Assembly (NCBI GenBank): GCA_030141605.1
Contig: JAQGDQ010000464.1
Location: 62,001-126,000, forward strand
Length of the DNA: 64,000 nucleotides
Direction: 5' to 3'
Source: Tubiluchus corallicola
Lineage: Eukaryota; Animalia; Priapulida
Each line of letters opens with the position of its first letter. The first letter of the stretch is position 1. The notes beneath the pieces were generated by a model, which worked only from the letters and a program-made list of their open reading frames with translations, was not told where the DNA came from and did not search any database. The position numbers were made by a program, and so were the translations under genes. This document shows positions 22,301-36,800 of the stretch, piece by piece.

Positions 22301-25300
22301 TATAAAGTTTAAACTTGGGTGTCGCTTGATACAAACGGCCAGAATTTAGTACGGAATCAGGTCCATGCTCAATGGCGGCCTAGTCAATTTTATCCGAACT
22401 TTTGCCAAGGATTCTTAAACGTGAAATTTTCGTGAAGAATGGGGTACATATTTGTATTCTCAATATCATCGCGAGTTATTCAAGCTCAACTTAATGTTGG
22501 TGATGTTCCCCCTTTAACGACTCCCCGTTTTGGTGACTTTGCATTTTACCAACAATTTTGTTACTCTGCCCACAGTCTTTTTTATTTATCAACAACTTTT
22601 TTTTACTTAATTTGAAGCATTAAAACGGTACATATTGCATTATTCCATTCTAAAAACGCATTAGTATCCTAAGTAGTGCAATTATTATAATGTTTTTGCC
22701 TCTCGACTGATTCCGTACTAAATTCTGGCCGTTTGTATCAAGCGACACCCAAGTTTAAACTTTATACCAAGGAACTTTGTCTGTAATCTGTTGCTATTAC
22801 AACCAGATTAGTACTACATGAAATTGTTTCCTGGTCGCTCTATGGAGAGTTTGGCTTTCACTATGTAGTGTTTAACACACAGTGTTTAAACGGGAGGAGA
22901 AATCACTAGCGAGTCTAGCTAGATACTGGTAAAAAACATGTGGTTTCAAGCAAACAGAAAGAAATTAATCAGTAGAAATATGTATAAAATGTTTAATTTA
23001 TATGATTTACACAGCATTGTTGCATTGATTTTTGGTTCTGGAACGTATTTCAATTCGTTTACATTACTTCCCATTGAAGTTTTGGTTTCGTTTAACAACG
23101 TTTTGCTTAACATCGCATTTTGCTGGAATGCATTAGCGTTGTTAAGCATGGCCTTACTGTATATGAATAGTAAAACTATGCAAGGAAACAGATCATTTTG
23201 GTGCCTAACAAAATAATAGAATGGAGACGGGTCATGTAACATTCTATTTTCTTTATATGTATTTTTTGTACCATCTTATTGTTTCTTATTGAGCAGGTAT
23301 GCTTACATATATATACACATAACTTTATTGTATAAATCACATTAACTGATTTAAAGACTTTATATATTTTAATTTTTTCTTCCTGTAAATACGTTTTTTG
23401 GTTTGCCCTGTTGTATTTCATTGTTGTTTCCGTGATTTTTGTTGTATTGATTTTTTTAGCTCATGTGCTTTTCTTATCCACTTACCATTTTTATAGGCAA
23501 TGCAGAATTCCTATTACATTTCGTGGATTTTCTTCTTACAGATATGATAGTGAAAAAAATATGATAGTGTGTGTATTTGTGATCAGCTATTGCAATTATT
23601 ACTTGCACCTGCAGGTAGCTTTTTTGTATGGTCCAAAATTTCATTATATATTGCCAGAATCGTAGCAGATTCCCAGCTAATATCCTGCAGTAACAAATCA
23701 TACAATGAATTGAGATCTAAATTGAAGTTCTCAGGCTTGTTGATTTGTGGTTGAATTAATAAAGACTGAATTTCAGTTTCAGTGATGTTTTACAAAAACT
23801 GATCAGTATCACTACTGGTACATTTTCAGAGTGAGACCTAGTAGAACTTCCCGATTCTGTCTCTAAGGCTAAGCCATGTAGAATTTTGTTGATTTTTGTC
23901 TTTGTCAGTGAACCTCAGTCACCATTCTATTCATCAAGGCTTTTGAGACAATAGTTGGCCCTGTATTTTCTTTTAGGCTGCATTACCTGGCAACGTCATC
24001 ATGTTCAATAAAAGTATACATTTTTGTTTTAAGTGTGAAACATGAAGAAATTTAATGGCAACTTGACAATCGGCTATTATTTCACTGTCTGTCACGAGTT
24101 GACAATAAGCGTAGAAACCAACAGTTTTTTCCTACATCTCTAAGTAATGAAAACACCGTGCCTGCGCCTAACACAATAATTAGGTAAATTCTCAAGCGCA
24201 TTATGGCAGCGTCCGTGCTAGCGACAGACAAATGAAAAGGTCAGATTAGTGCCGGTATTTCTTTGTTTGTTTTTTAATATTCTGGTAAAATTTGTGTGAT
24301 TCTAACTAAATTCTCACAAATGGACACTGGCAGAAATGCTTAGACTAATTCATTCAGGGATTTGCATAGAAATTGTGGCATTAATTAGAACAGCTGTTTT
24401 CTCATATCTTGCTTCTATCTTCAATGTATAAGAAGTACACATTGTCTAAAATTGACCTTGTCTAACTGATTTCTCACATTGTTTGTAGATGGCCATTATG
24501 GCTAAACACAACATTGTCTAAGAACAAATTGTTTTTAGACAATGCAAGACAGATGCAAGAAAATGTGACTATTTAATAATTTAATTTTACATTGAACGAT
24601 ATAAGGTTCTTCTTTTTTGCAATGCAACAGTCAGGCACAGATTTAATTTTGGTTGTGTTTCTAAGTGTATAACTTCAACTTAAGTCTTGCCTTAATTTCA
24701 TCGACCTTTGAAGGTAGGCTACTGCTAGCATTAATAGAAATCGCAGCTAACAGCCCAAATCGAGCTGTTATCAGTACCGATCTTAACTCTGGTGTACCAT
24801 TTAGAAATGAAATGGCCTAACGGATGCTATATTCCTAACAAAAAGAAATTGAAATAAGCCTTTTCACAGTTTTGTTGTGCGTATGCACAGTTGCTGTAGG
24901 TCAAAGGTTAGGTGTACCACAGCAACTCGTCTTAACTACAACCGTCATGTGACATATAAGTAAAGCAAAGCTATCTTCTGCCTCAGTTCAGTTGTTTTAC
25001 GTGGACTTTACTTAATTATGCATTAGTTTGTGTAGAGTCATTTACTAGCAGGATCTGAGTTGGGAACAAGAAAAAATGAACTAGGTAAGGCTCTAACTAC
25101 CTGCTAAAACCTTTACTATTACAATAGCATGGGCTGCGAGGCATTGTCAAGTGTACAGTAATGCGTTGTCTGGTAACTTGACCTTTGACCTTTTCACAAT
25201 CATCATCAATTGCTGGAACTGTTTTAAAGGCTTATCCTGCCAAAAGTCTACAAACTATTAAGACTTGTAGGAGTACAGAAGTTTTTCCTAAAAGAACGGT

Positions 25301-28300
25301 GAAATGATAAAAATCATGCTTTATTGTATCATTTTTTTCATTGTATATTTGTTCAAGGCAAAATATTGTTTGATTCACAGCCCTTGTGTAGGCTACATAA
25401 CTCAGTTTTTGATGCTGAATATATTTTTTGTCGAAATTGCCAGAGAGAGTTTTACTAAATAATTAGTGTGCTTGTTTTGTTGAACGAGTTTTTGCTGTGT
25501 CATTTTGGCTTAGATTTTTTATGTTTACGGGATGTGAGTAGACACTTGTAGCTCTACTTAATGAGAGTTGTACATATGTTACTTGGTACTAATTCTTCTC
25601 ACACATGTATCTGATATGCAGTGAGAAATCTCAGGTGTACAAACGTTTTCTCTGATACATATTATGGGATACCAGATATTGTCTGTATTTCACAGCTGGT
25701 TGTTAGCATTATTTACAGGCCTAAGAAATCGTGAAACATGATTAAACTTTAGGTCTATAACCTATGTATTCTATTCTGTATTGCAATTTGTTCACTCAGC
25801 ACCGCCTGCCTCGATTATTATTATTTATTGGTAATTGTGGCTCGACTGGTAAGCAAAAATTACAACAAAGTCCAATAACTTAAATTAGCCAAAGTAGTCC
25901 CTATATAAAGGGGACAACATATTGCAGCACATCATACGGTACAATAGTGTAAGTGTAAACACTAGTACTAGAGTTTACATACCTATGACATTAATAATTA
26001 ACAAAAAGTACAAAATTATGACAAAAACACCACGAGTTTTGGTAGAAGTGGTTGTGAAGACGAGTTTTAAAAGTAGTGAAGTTTGGGGCACTTACGAGTT
26101 CAAATGGCAAAGAGTTCCATACATTTATTACTCGATATGCTAAACTGTACAAACGAACATTGAGTCGAACTTGTGGCTTTGTAAGGTCTAAATTATGTCC
26201 ACGAAGCCTTGTATCATTAGACATCACAAAAAGATGTCTGTACTCATAATCAACAAGACCATGGAGCAACTGGTAAGTAAGAATCAAGTCAGCTCATTGA
26301 CGTCTAATGTGGAGAGGCTGAAGAGACAACATAAAAAGACGTCTGTAGTCATAATCAACAAGGACATGAAGCAACTGGTAATCAAGATTCAAGTCAACTA
26401 GTTGGCTGAAGAGACCGCCAATGAGGCTGCTCATTATAACTAAACTGGGATAATCTGCGATTGACCTATATCTCTTTCCTCAGCTTAGCAGCCAGTCTGC
26501 CATACTGCTAGTTTCTCATAAATCTTGGTTGCTTTCCTCATAGAGGGATGATGTATATTATACATCTGAACGTGGATGAGGCACCTTTGCTGCTTCGGTA
26601 GCTCTTCTTAGAGTCGGGTTCCGGTCATGCCACAAGCATCTCCTTGAGTGGTCCCTACTTTTGAGTACTTTCTGGCGGGTGATGTGCCCAAGCATATTAG
26701 AGAGGTTTTCGTGCTGGGAAACTGCCACGTTACAAGTTACTTAATGGCCACTATCATTTGTCTGTTTATAGGTCCAGTAAACAGCATAGTCATTTCATCG
26801 TGGGTTTTGAAAATCGTGTTGGTTTTATGCTTGTTGATACAGCACTTCCTTACTCTTTTGGGTCTTTTTTATTGCTCAAAATTGTACTGTGAAGTAGTGA
26901 ACAGCCCAGAAAGGACTTGGAATGTATTGACTATCTTTTTCTGACCATTTAATCTTATGTATTGAAAACGCGTTAAAAGAGAGGTCACACTTGACTGATT
27001 TATTTATAATATGTCTATGCCTGTTAAAACATCGTAAAACAAACGACGATGTATGGAATGTAAAATTACCTATAGCTAAAAATACAGAATACGTGGTTAG
27101 TACAATATAAACACAGAAATATAAAAGTTTGAAAAACTTGATTAATATGGTAAAACTACATAATTCTGGTAAAAAAATATTTACGTCTTACGTAATTGGT
27201 TACGTGTGTTCTTCGTAATTTTATCCTATTAAATTACTTATAAATGTTTAAATAAGTAGTATTATTGGGTAGCCGAAATTTTCCTGAATAGAACAGTACT
27301 TAATTTTTAATCATTTAGTTATGTCTGTAGCTCATCCAGTAGCAGAAAAGTCATAGGTCTTATAAGACCTATTTTGAATAGTGCGGTCCTGATGGCCTAG
27401 TATTATGCGTCGCAGCATCGGCCTTGTTACCGAAAATCCTTTGTTCGCACCCAGTCTGTGTTCCAGTTTTTCACATTTCCTGTCTTTCCAGCTTGATATC
27501 AGAATTTTATTAATTGTGGGTTTGTACCATAATTGTTTGAGGTGACTGTCCAGAGATGTTCCCTATTTGCTACAGATGTGCTTTATTTGCATTGTAAATT
27601 GCTCTGACCATTGGCCCGCCAGGAAGTTAAAGCAAAATGGACCAAATCTTAAACTGTAGGTCAAAACAATCTATCTTGAAAATATTGAAAGGAAACATGC
27701 TATCTTTGCTATTTTTTCAAAAGTGACTTACCTGAAAGAATGACAAACACAATTTCACACTCACGCCACTAGTTCTTTGCTGTTACGTGCATTTCACTAG
27801 TGGCTAGTTGGACGGGCACTAGCACCTGCATTTCGGAAGTGCATTGCACAAAAAACAGGTGCTGTACCTCTCATTTCAGATGTGTTAGTTTGTGACAAAC
27901 TACACGCGTTCGACGGCTCATGCTTGAGCACAGTGGTAAATTTGAAATTTGAATTTTTATCTTAAAACTTGCCGAGTTTTAGTAAAACACATTGAATATC
28001 TTTCAGTCGCACTGTACTTCAATTTTCACTTTCGCAGACACATGCAACACGCTCATGGAATGTTTTTGCTGTTGAAAATTATGTTAGTTTGTGATGTCAT
28101 CGATATTTGGGCTTGCCGCCATTAATTAAGTTTTTAATCTATTATTCAATTATCAGAAATGCTTTTACAGTATTAGTTGTGTTAAAATGTATACTTTTTA
28201 TCGGTCATCTTTTAAGTTTCTGAGAGGTTAATTTTGTAGCCTGCCAGACTGTTTAAACTGCTCAATTTTGTAAGTGCTTACATAGATTCAATAGCTGGTT

Positions 28301-31300
28301 CTATTTCGTAACTAAATTTCTATTACTGCATTCAAATTTTCATCCATTATTCCAGCTCAAAAACTGTATTCTTCTGTCGAAAATGAAGCACATTTCTGAA
28401 ACTTTTAATTTTCATTATTTTTATTTTTAGAACTTTGTCACACTGACTGCTCACATATTTCTCTCTCAGATCTATTTAGGTGAGACCGTTGACTCTTATG
28501 TCAACATTTAGTTTGTTGTGCCTGAAATCAGAGGCATATTAGCCAATTGGCCAACTAGGCTATAGTCTAGGGCGCCAAGGTTTGAGGGGCATCACATTTT
28601 AGAAAAAATTCTCATTCTTCTCGGAAAATGTGTACACTTTCATATTTATGTGAAGGGCACATTTTGTAACATGCCACAGGCAGTTACCGAGTTCTGCATT
28701 TACATAAGTGCCACATATAGGTGCAAGGTGTTACACAACAAGCAGTTGTGCAGCCTCCTTTAATTAATCACTGTGTGTGACGGCCCCATAAGTCTATAGT
28801 GCCTCACTCCAATACCAGCATCAGTTTGAGCTATATTTGCCCTTGCACCACTATTGTTATACTGTTATTGTTCGTAACTACCTCATAGTAGCCTACTGTT
28901 TATAGCTACCTCGTTTGAGCATAGATAGTAATAGGTATTTAGTTTGTTCTAGCTCTTCCCCCCTTAGAGTGGCAATCACTTATTCTATGAAGCACTTGCT
29001 CGACATTGACCTATTTTCTGATTGCCGTCACCTGTGTGGAAATAGACAGGCAGTATGGGCTATGCGACGTTCAGTTACATACACGTCAAAAGTGGTTGAA
29101 ATGCTTTCACCTTTTAACTAGCCCAGACAAATGTAGAATGACTATCAGCAGCTTGATGCTTTGAACCTTTATTGTTCCAAATTACACTAATGAATGAAGC
29201 GCTAGGTGCAAGAACTAGTTGCAGTGTAATTGTTACGGAGGAACAGGGTACACCCGCTATGAGATGGTGATCAGTGGCCGTATTCGATGGACTGGTAGAT
29301 AACCACACCTGGTGAGACCCTCGTAGTGGTGGAAGTCGGCCTCCGAGTTATTAGAGTCGTTGCTTGAGAGGATTTCCATACGAGTCAGCCATAAGTGACG
29401 CTTGGAGTTCCCAGGACCAATGCTGGGAGTACACTGGTGGTGAGTGACAGATACCAGTTGTCAAGAGCTCCTTTCTTGCTCTTTGTGGTGAACAGGACTT
29501 GTTGAGAAACCTGCCGACCAACAAGACATCTGTACATTATTTCCCCCATTACGTGGCGCCACTGTATGAGTATTTAGCTAGGGCACTAATATTAATGAGG
29601 TAGCTATACATTATGCACATTTTACGTGTTTGCATCGTATTACAACCTAGCTTAATATGTTAAAATTGTCATGTCAAAATATATCGTTAAACCTAAGTTT
29701 AACTCTTTTGCTATTTATGTATGAAGACGTAATCGATGCCTGATGACTAAAGGAGTAATACCGTGAGAACCCCCCGTAGCTATAAGCCCTTATCACACTC
29801 GGCTAGTAGTCAGGTCTCGGGTACTTCCTCACCCTAAGAACCGATCCCATTATGCCGTCACGCTGCAAATACATGTAATTTATTAATGACCACGTAGAAA
29901 CTAGAAATTAATACACCACAAGTAATTGTTTGATCTGCTCATTACATAAACAACCTTAAATTCGCATTAGAGTTAGGCGGGACAAAACTCTCAGCCTAGT
30001 GCGTGGCAAAACGTTGATACGCCTGGCTGAAACCAGTACTCTGTCAGACTTTTTATTACATTTTAGTTCTTTGACGACTCCGAGGCTCGCTTTTCTGATT
30101 GCAAACAGTCGTGAATGTTTGTCTGACATGTTTATCAAACAAAGCTGTTTGCACTTTGAACATTCCTGTCAAAAACATTAATATTTTGCTATGCTTTTAC
30201 CTATGCCAACTGCTGCATGTGTAGGTGATTAATCGCGTTTGTGTGTTTGCCTGCAAATGGTTGAAGCAATACTACCAAACTTGTAATAGGGATAGATCTA
30301 GATAAGACCTAGGAGCCCATTGCTTTTCCAGTCTAAAAGTTCAAATGTGAAGGTCAAACAATGTAAAATTCAATTTTAGCCCGTAGCAACTTCATGTGAG
30401 GACATCTCTGCACCTCTTTTGAATGCTCTGTAGTTGTATTACATTTTAAAGAACAGCAGAGGGGAATAGCTGAGTGGTCAGGTCACCTTGTGTTTAGTTT
30501 CCTGATGTTTAGCAATATTGGGTTTAATCAGTGAATGTATGTTTGATCAGTACTGGTGCAAGTATCTACCTCAGTGAAGGAATATAATGTAAGTGTCCAA
30601 AGGAAGTTAAAACGCTTCACCTAGCTAAGGGTCTCTTGTTAAATGAGTGCCCTTAGTAAGCTCCATGTTCCGGTCCTGCCATAATCCACTTACATTAAGT
30701 AGGCATTGCTGGATCTCAGTGGTGATCTGTATAAAAATAGGACTAATGAACGCAGTAATTAATTAATTACTAATGTACTATGTTTAATTTGTTTCAGCAT
30801 TTGGAAGCCACACCACGGATAAGCTTCGGGAGAAGTGACGGAGTAAGTTCACTATTATTTCAACAACGTCTGAATGTTAGCTAGAATATCAAACCCATAA
30901 CCTATTCTAAGAATCATTTTGTGTCTCCTATTCACCTAGCCCAATGGCTAATGGTCACATATAATTTAGTTATTTCATCTGGAATTACAATAATATATAA
31001 TTGCACGAAAAAATGTCCTTTTAGATATGCTGTTTTGCAGTTTTTGGGCCTTTGACTTTAAATTTTTCAAATGTAAAAAGTTGTTTTTCCCTAAATTTGC
31101 TTACGTAGTTAACAAGGCATACGTGTATATGATGATGATGATGATGATGATGATGATTGCGTAAAAATAGTAATGATGATGACTGCGACTTTGATAAAAG
31201 AGAAAAGACTATTTCTTTAGTTTTTGCTTAGTTTTTTTTTTAATTACAGTAATTTCACTTCTCTGACATGGAGCATTGCTTCCACATTCATTGTATTTGT

Positions 31301-33773
31301 CCCAGTAAGTTCTAGTGAATGAAATGAGCAGCTGTTGTTCCTAGACTTTGAGATAATTGGTGCAAAAACTGTTTACATTGTTTTAACAACCTTTATTATA
31401 TTTTCATTATATATGTTAGCGAAAAATCATATATTGTGTTCAGCCTTATTAAGTGAATGTGTTACTATCTTGCCGTGTCTAGTTGTTAATGTTTCATTGT
31501 AGATCTGTTAATGATTGTACTATCTATAAGATTTTACAAAGATGGTTTTGTTCAAAAGTTTCTATAGTGAGTGGCTCAAAATGGGTCACATCAACTTCTG
31601 CCTAGTATAGAGGCAGCATTCACGACCTATTTCAGATACTTGTTTTTGTACTCGCCTCAATGTTTGCTGCCACTTTTCTGATCCAAGGTAGTTTTTTTTT
31701 TAGTTGATTTCTGGTTAAGATTTGGGAGCACAAATTAGCAAACAATTTTATGATTGGTGTCTCTACATATACTTTAACGAGTTCTACAGTTTGATGTGTA
31801 ATTTAACGAAAAGGCTGGGCACTTAGAAAAGCAGAATACTCAATTAAGACTGCAAAAGCTATGTTGCAGGCAAAACTGCTCAGCTAGGATTTACCAGCAA
31901 GTGTTAAACGATTGAGTTACCTTGTTTTTACTCGTACCAGTAGAGATGGTTTGTGGCTTGAAAGAAATCCTGCAGTTTGCGTCTAATGCAAAAAATTAGC
32001 AAAATTTCGTGTAGGTTGTCCTTGGCAGTTGACACGTACTTCGGTTTCTGTGGACCAAAGGGCTAAGATCAAGATTGATAGGCTCATTTGCTCAGTTCTT
32101 TGAACAGTACACAGCATTTACCAAGAATGAGTAAAGGCTTATCAATAACAATAACTATATCAATAACTTGTCAATAACATAAACTATATATAAATCTGCT
32201 ACATTCTCGATATTAAGACTTAGCGAGCCTGTTAGTAAATTTTGTGTTAACAGAAACCTACTTGAAAATTTTATCAAATTTTTTTCTGGGCCAACATCCT
32301 AAGTTCGAATGCCAACCTGATCTGTTTGCTCTTCTTTCCGTTTACATGCCAAAATATGTGACTGAAATAAAACAAAACGTGGCAGGTAGATTGCTCGTGA
32401 TGTGAAATAAAAGTGCTGCTTAAAGGAAAGGCCAAGTCGTCTCGAACGTTAGACTTTCTTCGGTGTTTGCGAAAAACGTTAGAAGGATTTAGTAATAAAA
32501 CTGCAATAAGCGCCTCGTGTAATTAGTAAAATCACTTTAAATCATGATCATTTCGTGCTTGGGCGCTCCCATTTTCAATGCCAATTCTTCTTCGAATGGC
32601 GTCATTCATCTTGAAGAAAAGTAGCGCACTGTCAATCTTCGTCAAATGTATAAAAAGTTTTTTACAAAAAAATTAGATAGCTAATTTTGTAGTATTTCTG
32701 CGTGAACATTAGGTAAGCTGCAGACGTTTGAATTAGTTTAATTAAGCAGCGTGCTCTCGCCGAAAGCCGTGATGCGCTTACGAACCGTCTCGAAGTCTCT
32801 CAGTTATGTCATAATTTTCAAGTGAATAGGGGCAACCACCACGCCTGAAAATTTCTATTCAGAGGTAGTATATTTTAAATTTATGCTTTATAGACAGCTT
32901 GTGTAAATATCTTTGCTATATTTTTCCAAGTTTATACAGCAAAAGTTTAAGTGATAACAGCAAAATAAACCCGACATACTAACTGACTTGCTCTTTCCTT
33001 TAAAGAAAATCAGAAAGTCCAATGGTCAAAGTTAGAGAGATTTAAACTTTAACCTTCCCCTTAAGGCTTTGACTTAATTGCACTAATTACTGTAATATAT
33101 GCAGTTCGGTGACTTTTGCTGACAATTGCTTCTTCCAACCAAAAGTAATCAAACAATGAAGTTTTAATGTTAAAAAAACTCGCTGATTTTTATCAGCATT
33201 TCCAGATCGTCACTTTCACAGTTTTAACATTACTGAAAATTGCGGAAATTTATCACTATAAATTTGAAAAATTTAGTTCATTATCCTGATTAGCCATCAC
33301 ACTAAAAATTACAGTAGTTGAGGTAAGGTTATTAAAATGTTACCAAAGGTTGAGGTAAGGTTATTAAAATGTTACCAAAGGTCTAATGAAAATAAATAAA
33401 AAGTCCCAAGTTTTGTTAGCTGCGCGATTATATGGAAACTTAACTCAACTACTGTAATTTTTAACATAATGGATAGTCAGCATCAAAAATTTAATTTTTC
33501 AAATTTGTGGTGACAATTTATACGTCAAACTTGAAGGTCAAGATTAAAGTTTGAAATCGGCTACTGCTTAGTTTCTAACGGTCACCTTTGGAGTTTCTGA
33601 TCTTCTTTAAGTAGCACTTTTATTTCATCTATCTGCTACGTTTTGTTTTATTTCATTCACACATTCTTGGGATGCAAACGTAAAGAACAACAAACACATC
33701 AGTCTGGCATTCGAGTTTAAATTTTGACTCTGGTTGTTATAAAGCAATTATAGAATTTGGCAACGATGTCGGC

Positions 33774-33843
<70 letters not shown>

Positions 33844-36800
33844 TCAATTGACGATTAGCTGACATTGTTCTTGCTTTTTATCATGCAAAAATATTTTGCA
33901 CATCACTTAAAAACTACTAAAACTGTTAACTTGTAACTTATCCACTGCCGTAATTTATCTCCTTCATGACCATAAGTGTTCACTAACTGCTCTCACTAAC
34001 CAGCGATTTTGTTATATTTATCATTTTTGTAGATTTCTACTCCTCACAGTGTGGACTTTCACCAAATTATATATGAATTTTATTTGCTTACGTTAGACAA
34101 ATTAAAAAATTGATTTTTGATAAATAAAGTAAAAAAAGCTTTCAGTAACTGCAGTGTTTGCACTGTAACAAAGTATAATGTCACTGGTGCGAAATTGGCT
34201 AATGTAGAAAATTTCAACTATCAAGGCAACACTCTGATGTACTTTTGCCTCAAGTCTTCTCTATTTTTAAGAAGAAATTCCTGTTAAAAGATGAAACAAC
34301 ATTAATTTGTCCTTGGTTGATCGGTTTGTTTTTCCTGGAATAGCGGCAGAGCTCTGCCCAACTTGGGCTATAGCAACCAGGCAGTCAATAAATTTGTATG
34401 TAGGATCTCCGAAGTGTACACCAGACTAAGCTACTCAGTTAGCTAAGTTGGAGTACCTGAAAAGAACGTGTTTCTCTGAAATTTATCCAATTAAATCACT
34501 TATAAATGTTTAAGCAAATAGCTCGAATTATAGCCGATATTCTGCTGAATAGAACAGTACCCAAATTTGTTATCACTTAGTTATGTCTGTGCTCATACAG
34601 TAGCAGAAAAGTCATTGGTTTTATAAGACCTATTTTGGATGGGGCGGTCCTGAATGAGTTAATGTACTGTAATATCAGGCTGTGAAATTTCAACTTTGTA
34701 GTGTACTTGCTTCTAGTATTTTTGTAGTCTAAACTTCGTGCCAGCCCACATATGTTGTATTAAAACTTCAGCGTGGTATCAGTTGGTGTCTTTCGCGAGA
34801 AAGCATTATAAAGTTAGGTACGTTAATATGATTGTAGCGACACGGCAGAGGTACAGAATAATCATATCTATGAGAATGACACTGCATGAAACACATTAAA
34901 GTATTTATGTTTTAACGTGTAGATACTGTCAGTGACACTTGTGTACCCTTAGGCTATTCCTGCTACGTGCACCGATCTTTTACCAAGCGTTTCATAATCG
35001 CTTATTAGTCATTGTGTGAGCAGATTTGACTTTTCAATGCTACAGTATTAAAGATGTATCATTTCTGTAGACATTTCAATGTCTATGCACCACAGTTAGT
35101 GGAGCTATACAATACGAATTATACATAAAAGAATGGGGCGGAAGCGGCGAGGGAGGGGGAGAGCTGCAGGGCGGTGAATGGATGGCTGATGGAACAAATT
35201 TTCTACATCTTTTTGAACTGTGGAATCATGTAAAGCAGTCAATCCAAGCATTTAACATTGTCTGTACTATTGACTCACATTCTAACGGCTGACTAAATGA
35301 ATTTCAGTTGAGTTTGCCTTTTAGTGGCTCTTCGTCAGTAACCCTATCTATTCAGCACTCTAATGTCTAAAATAATTTCAAGGTTACGTTATGAGTCACT
35401 GTTCAGTTTGCTGAATATTTTGAATATCAGTACTTCTGATGTGTTCTTGATATGACAAGGTTTTAGCACATGCTCTTTCCTTTATCAATGAGTATATTGT
35501 ATAACCAGCAAAAATAATGTTATTTGTATTAATCCCCAAAAAGCACGATGTCGTTGAGACGCCTTAGAAGATGCGATATTATCACACTAGCGGATATCTA
35601 AATTTTCTTTCAATGTACATCAGGTGCATAGCACAGCCAGCGCAATTACAGGTATACTGGTAATACAATACTGTCCATAATTACGAGGGTACTCGTCTAA
35701 TAAACACAAGACACACGGTGTAATTACACTTGCACATCGAGGTAATTATGGTGAAATTGGTTTAACTGGCTCCCACATATACAGGTTCGGCCTACAGTAG
35801 AAATTAATAATTGGTTCTACAGTAGAACTTAATTGCTTAGCGCAATTGTGTCCTTCAATCGCATTTTTTTCCTTGGTTGTGCCAAACCAGGCTAACACGC
35901 GTTGCGTTTACTTAAACTGAAATGCTAATATGAATTTGTTGAAGATCTTCGTGTCTTGTAATAATATCAGGCCAAGTTTTCCGTCTACCTCGGACAAGTA
36001 CATCTTTATTTTGATTGGAGAATTTATTAATAACGCGATAAATGGTTCAGAGATACAGATAGTGATATGGCAGGTGAAAAATTATGCTGGTTTATTATCA
36101 ATGACAATTTCACACAATTAGTTAGTGCCAAAACAAAACTATCTGGTATAACACATCTCAAAGTTTATTAGAATTTTAGGTGCTTCAGGATTTGTTATGA
36201 CTTGTGAAACGTTATCGCCAATAAGTTCTTGCGATCATTGTTTGGTTCTAAGCATTTTAATACTAAAAATACCTGTCGCATACGCAAGAACTATTTACAA
36301 TTAATTATAATCATGTTCTGTGTTATTATAATAATATAATAACCTTAATAATGCTATTCAAAATACTGACTGGATAAGTTTTTGGTTCTTTCTGATACAG
36401 ACAGTTTGCAAATTGTTTAAGGAATACAATAATTTTTTCTTTAATTCTCTTCTTCAAATCCTCATTTTGTCTGTTGCAGACATTGAGGCGCTATCATTTA
36501 TTTGAGTACTCCACCCACTCCTATCTGCAACTAACAGCAGTAAGTTCGTTTACTCTTAAAGCTAAATTTGGTTGAAACTGTTGAATATGCTTCTTTATCT
36601 TAGGTATCTAAATTGTTTTTGGTTTGCCAGGTGGTTTTTACAAAGTTTTAAGGCTTCCTTTAAGACGATTCTTACTGGTACTTCACTCGATAATCTGACG
36701 TGTCCTAACCATCTTAATCTACGGAGCTTGACTATTGAACTCCAAAAGTCTTTGGTTTTCTTTAGATTTGTGTGTAAGACAAAAATCTTCATTTTTAACT

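Noticed and set aside
29132-29536. Possible solo LTR (TG...CA ends, minus-strand AATAAA)
   Set aside because: No TSD, PBS or second copy visible
30460-30770. tRNA gene or tRNA-SINE (ggggaatagctgagtggtcag)
   Set aside because: Only an A-box-like start; no convincing B box or cloverleaf
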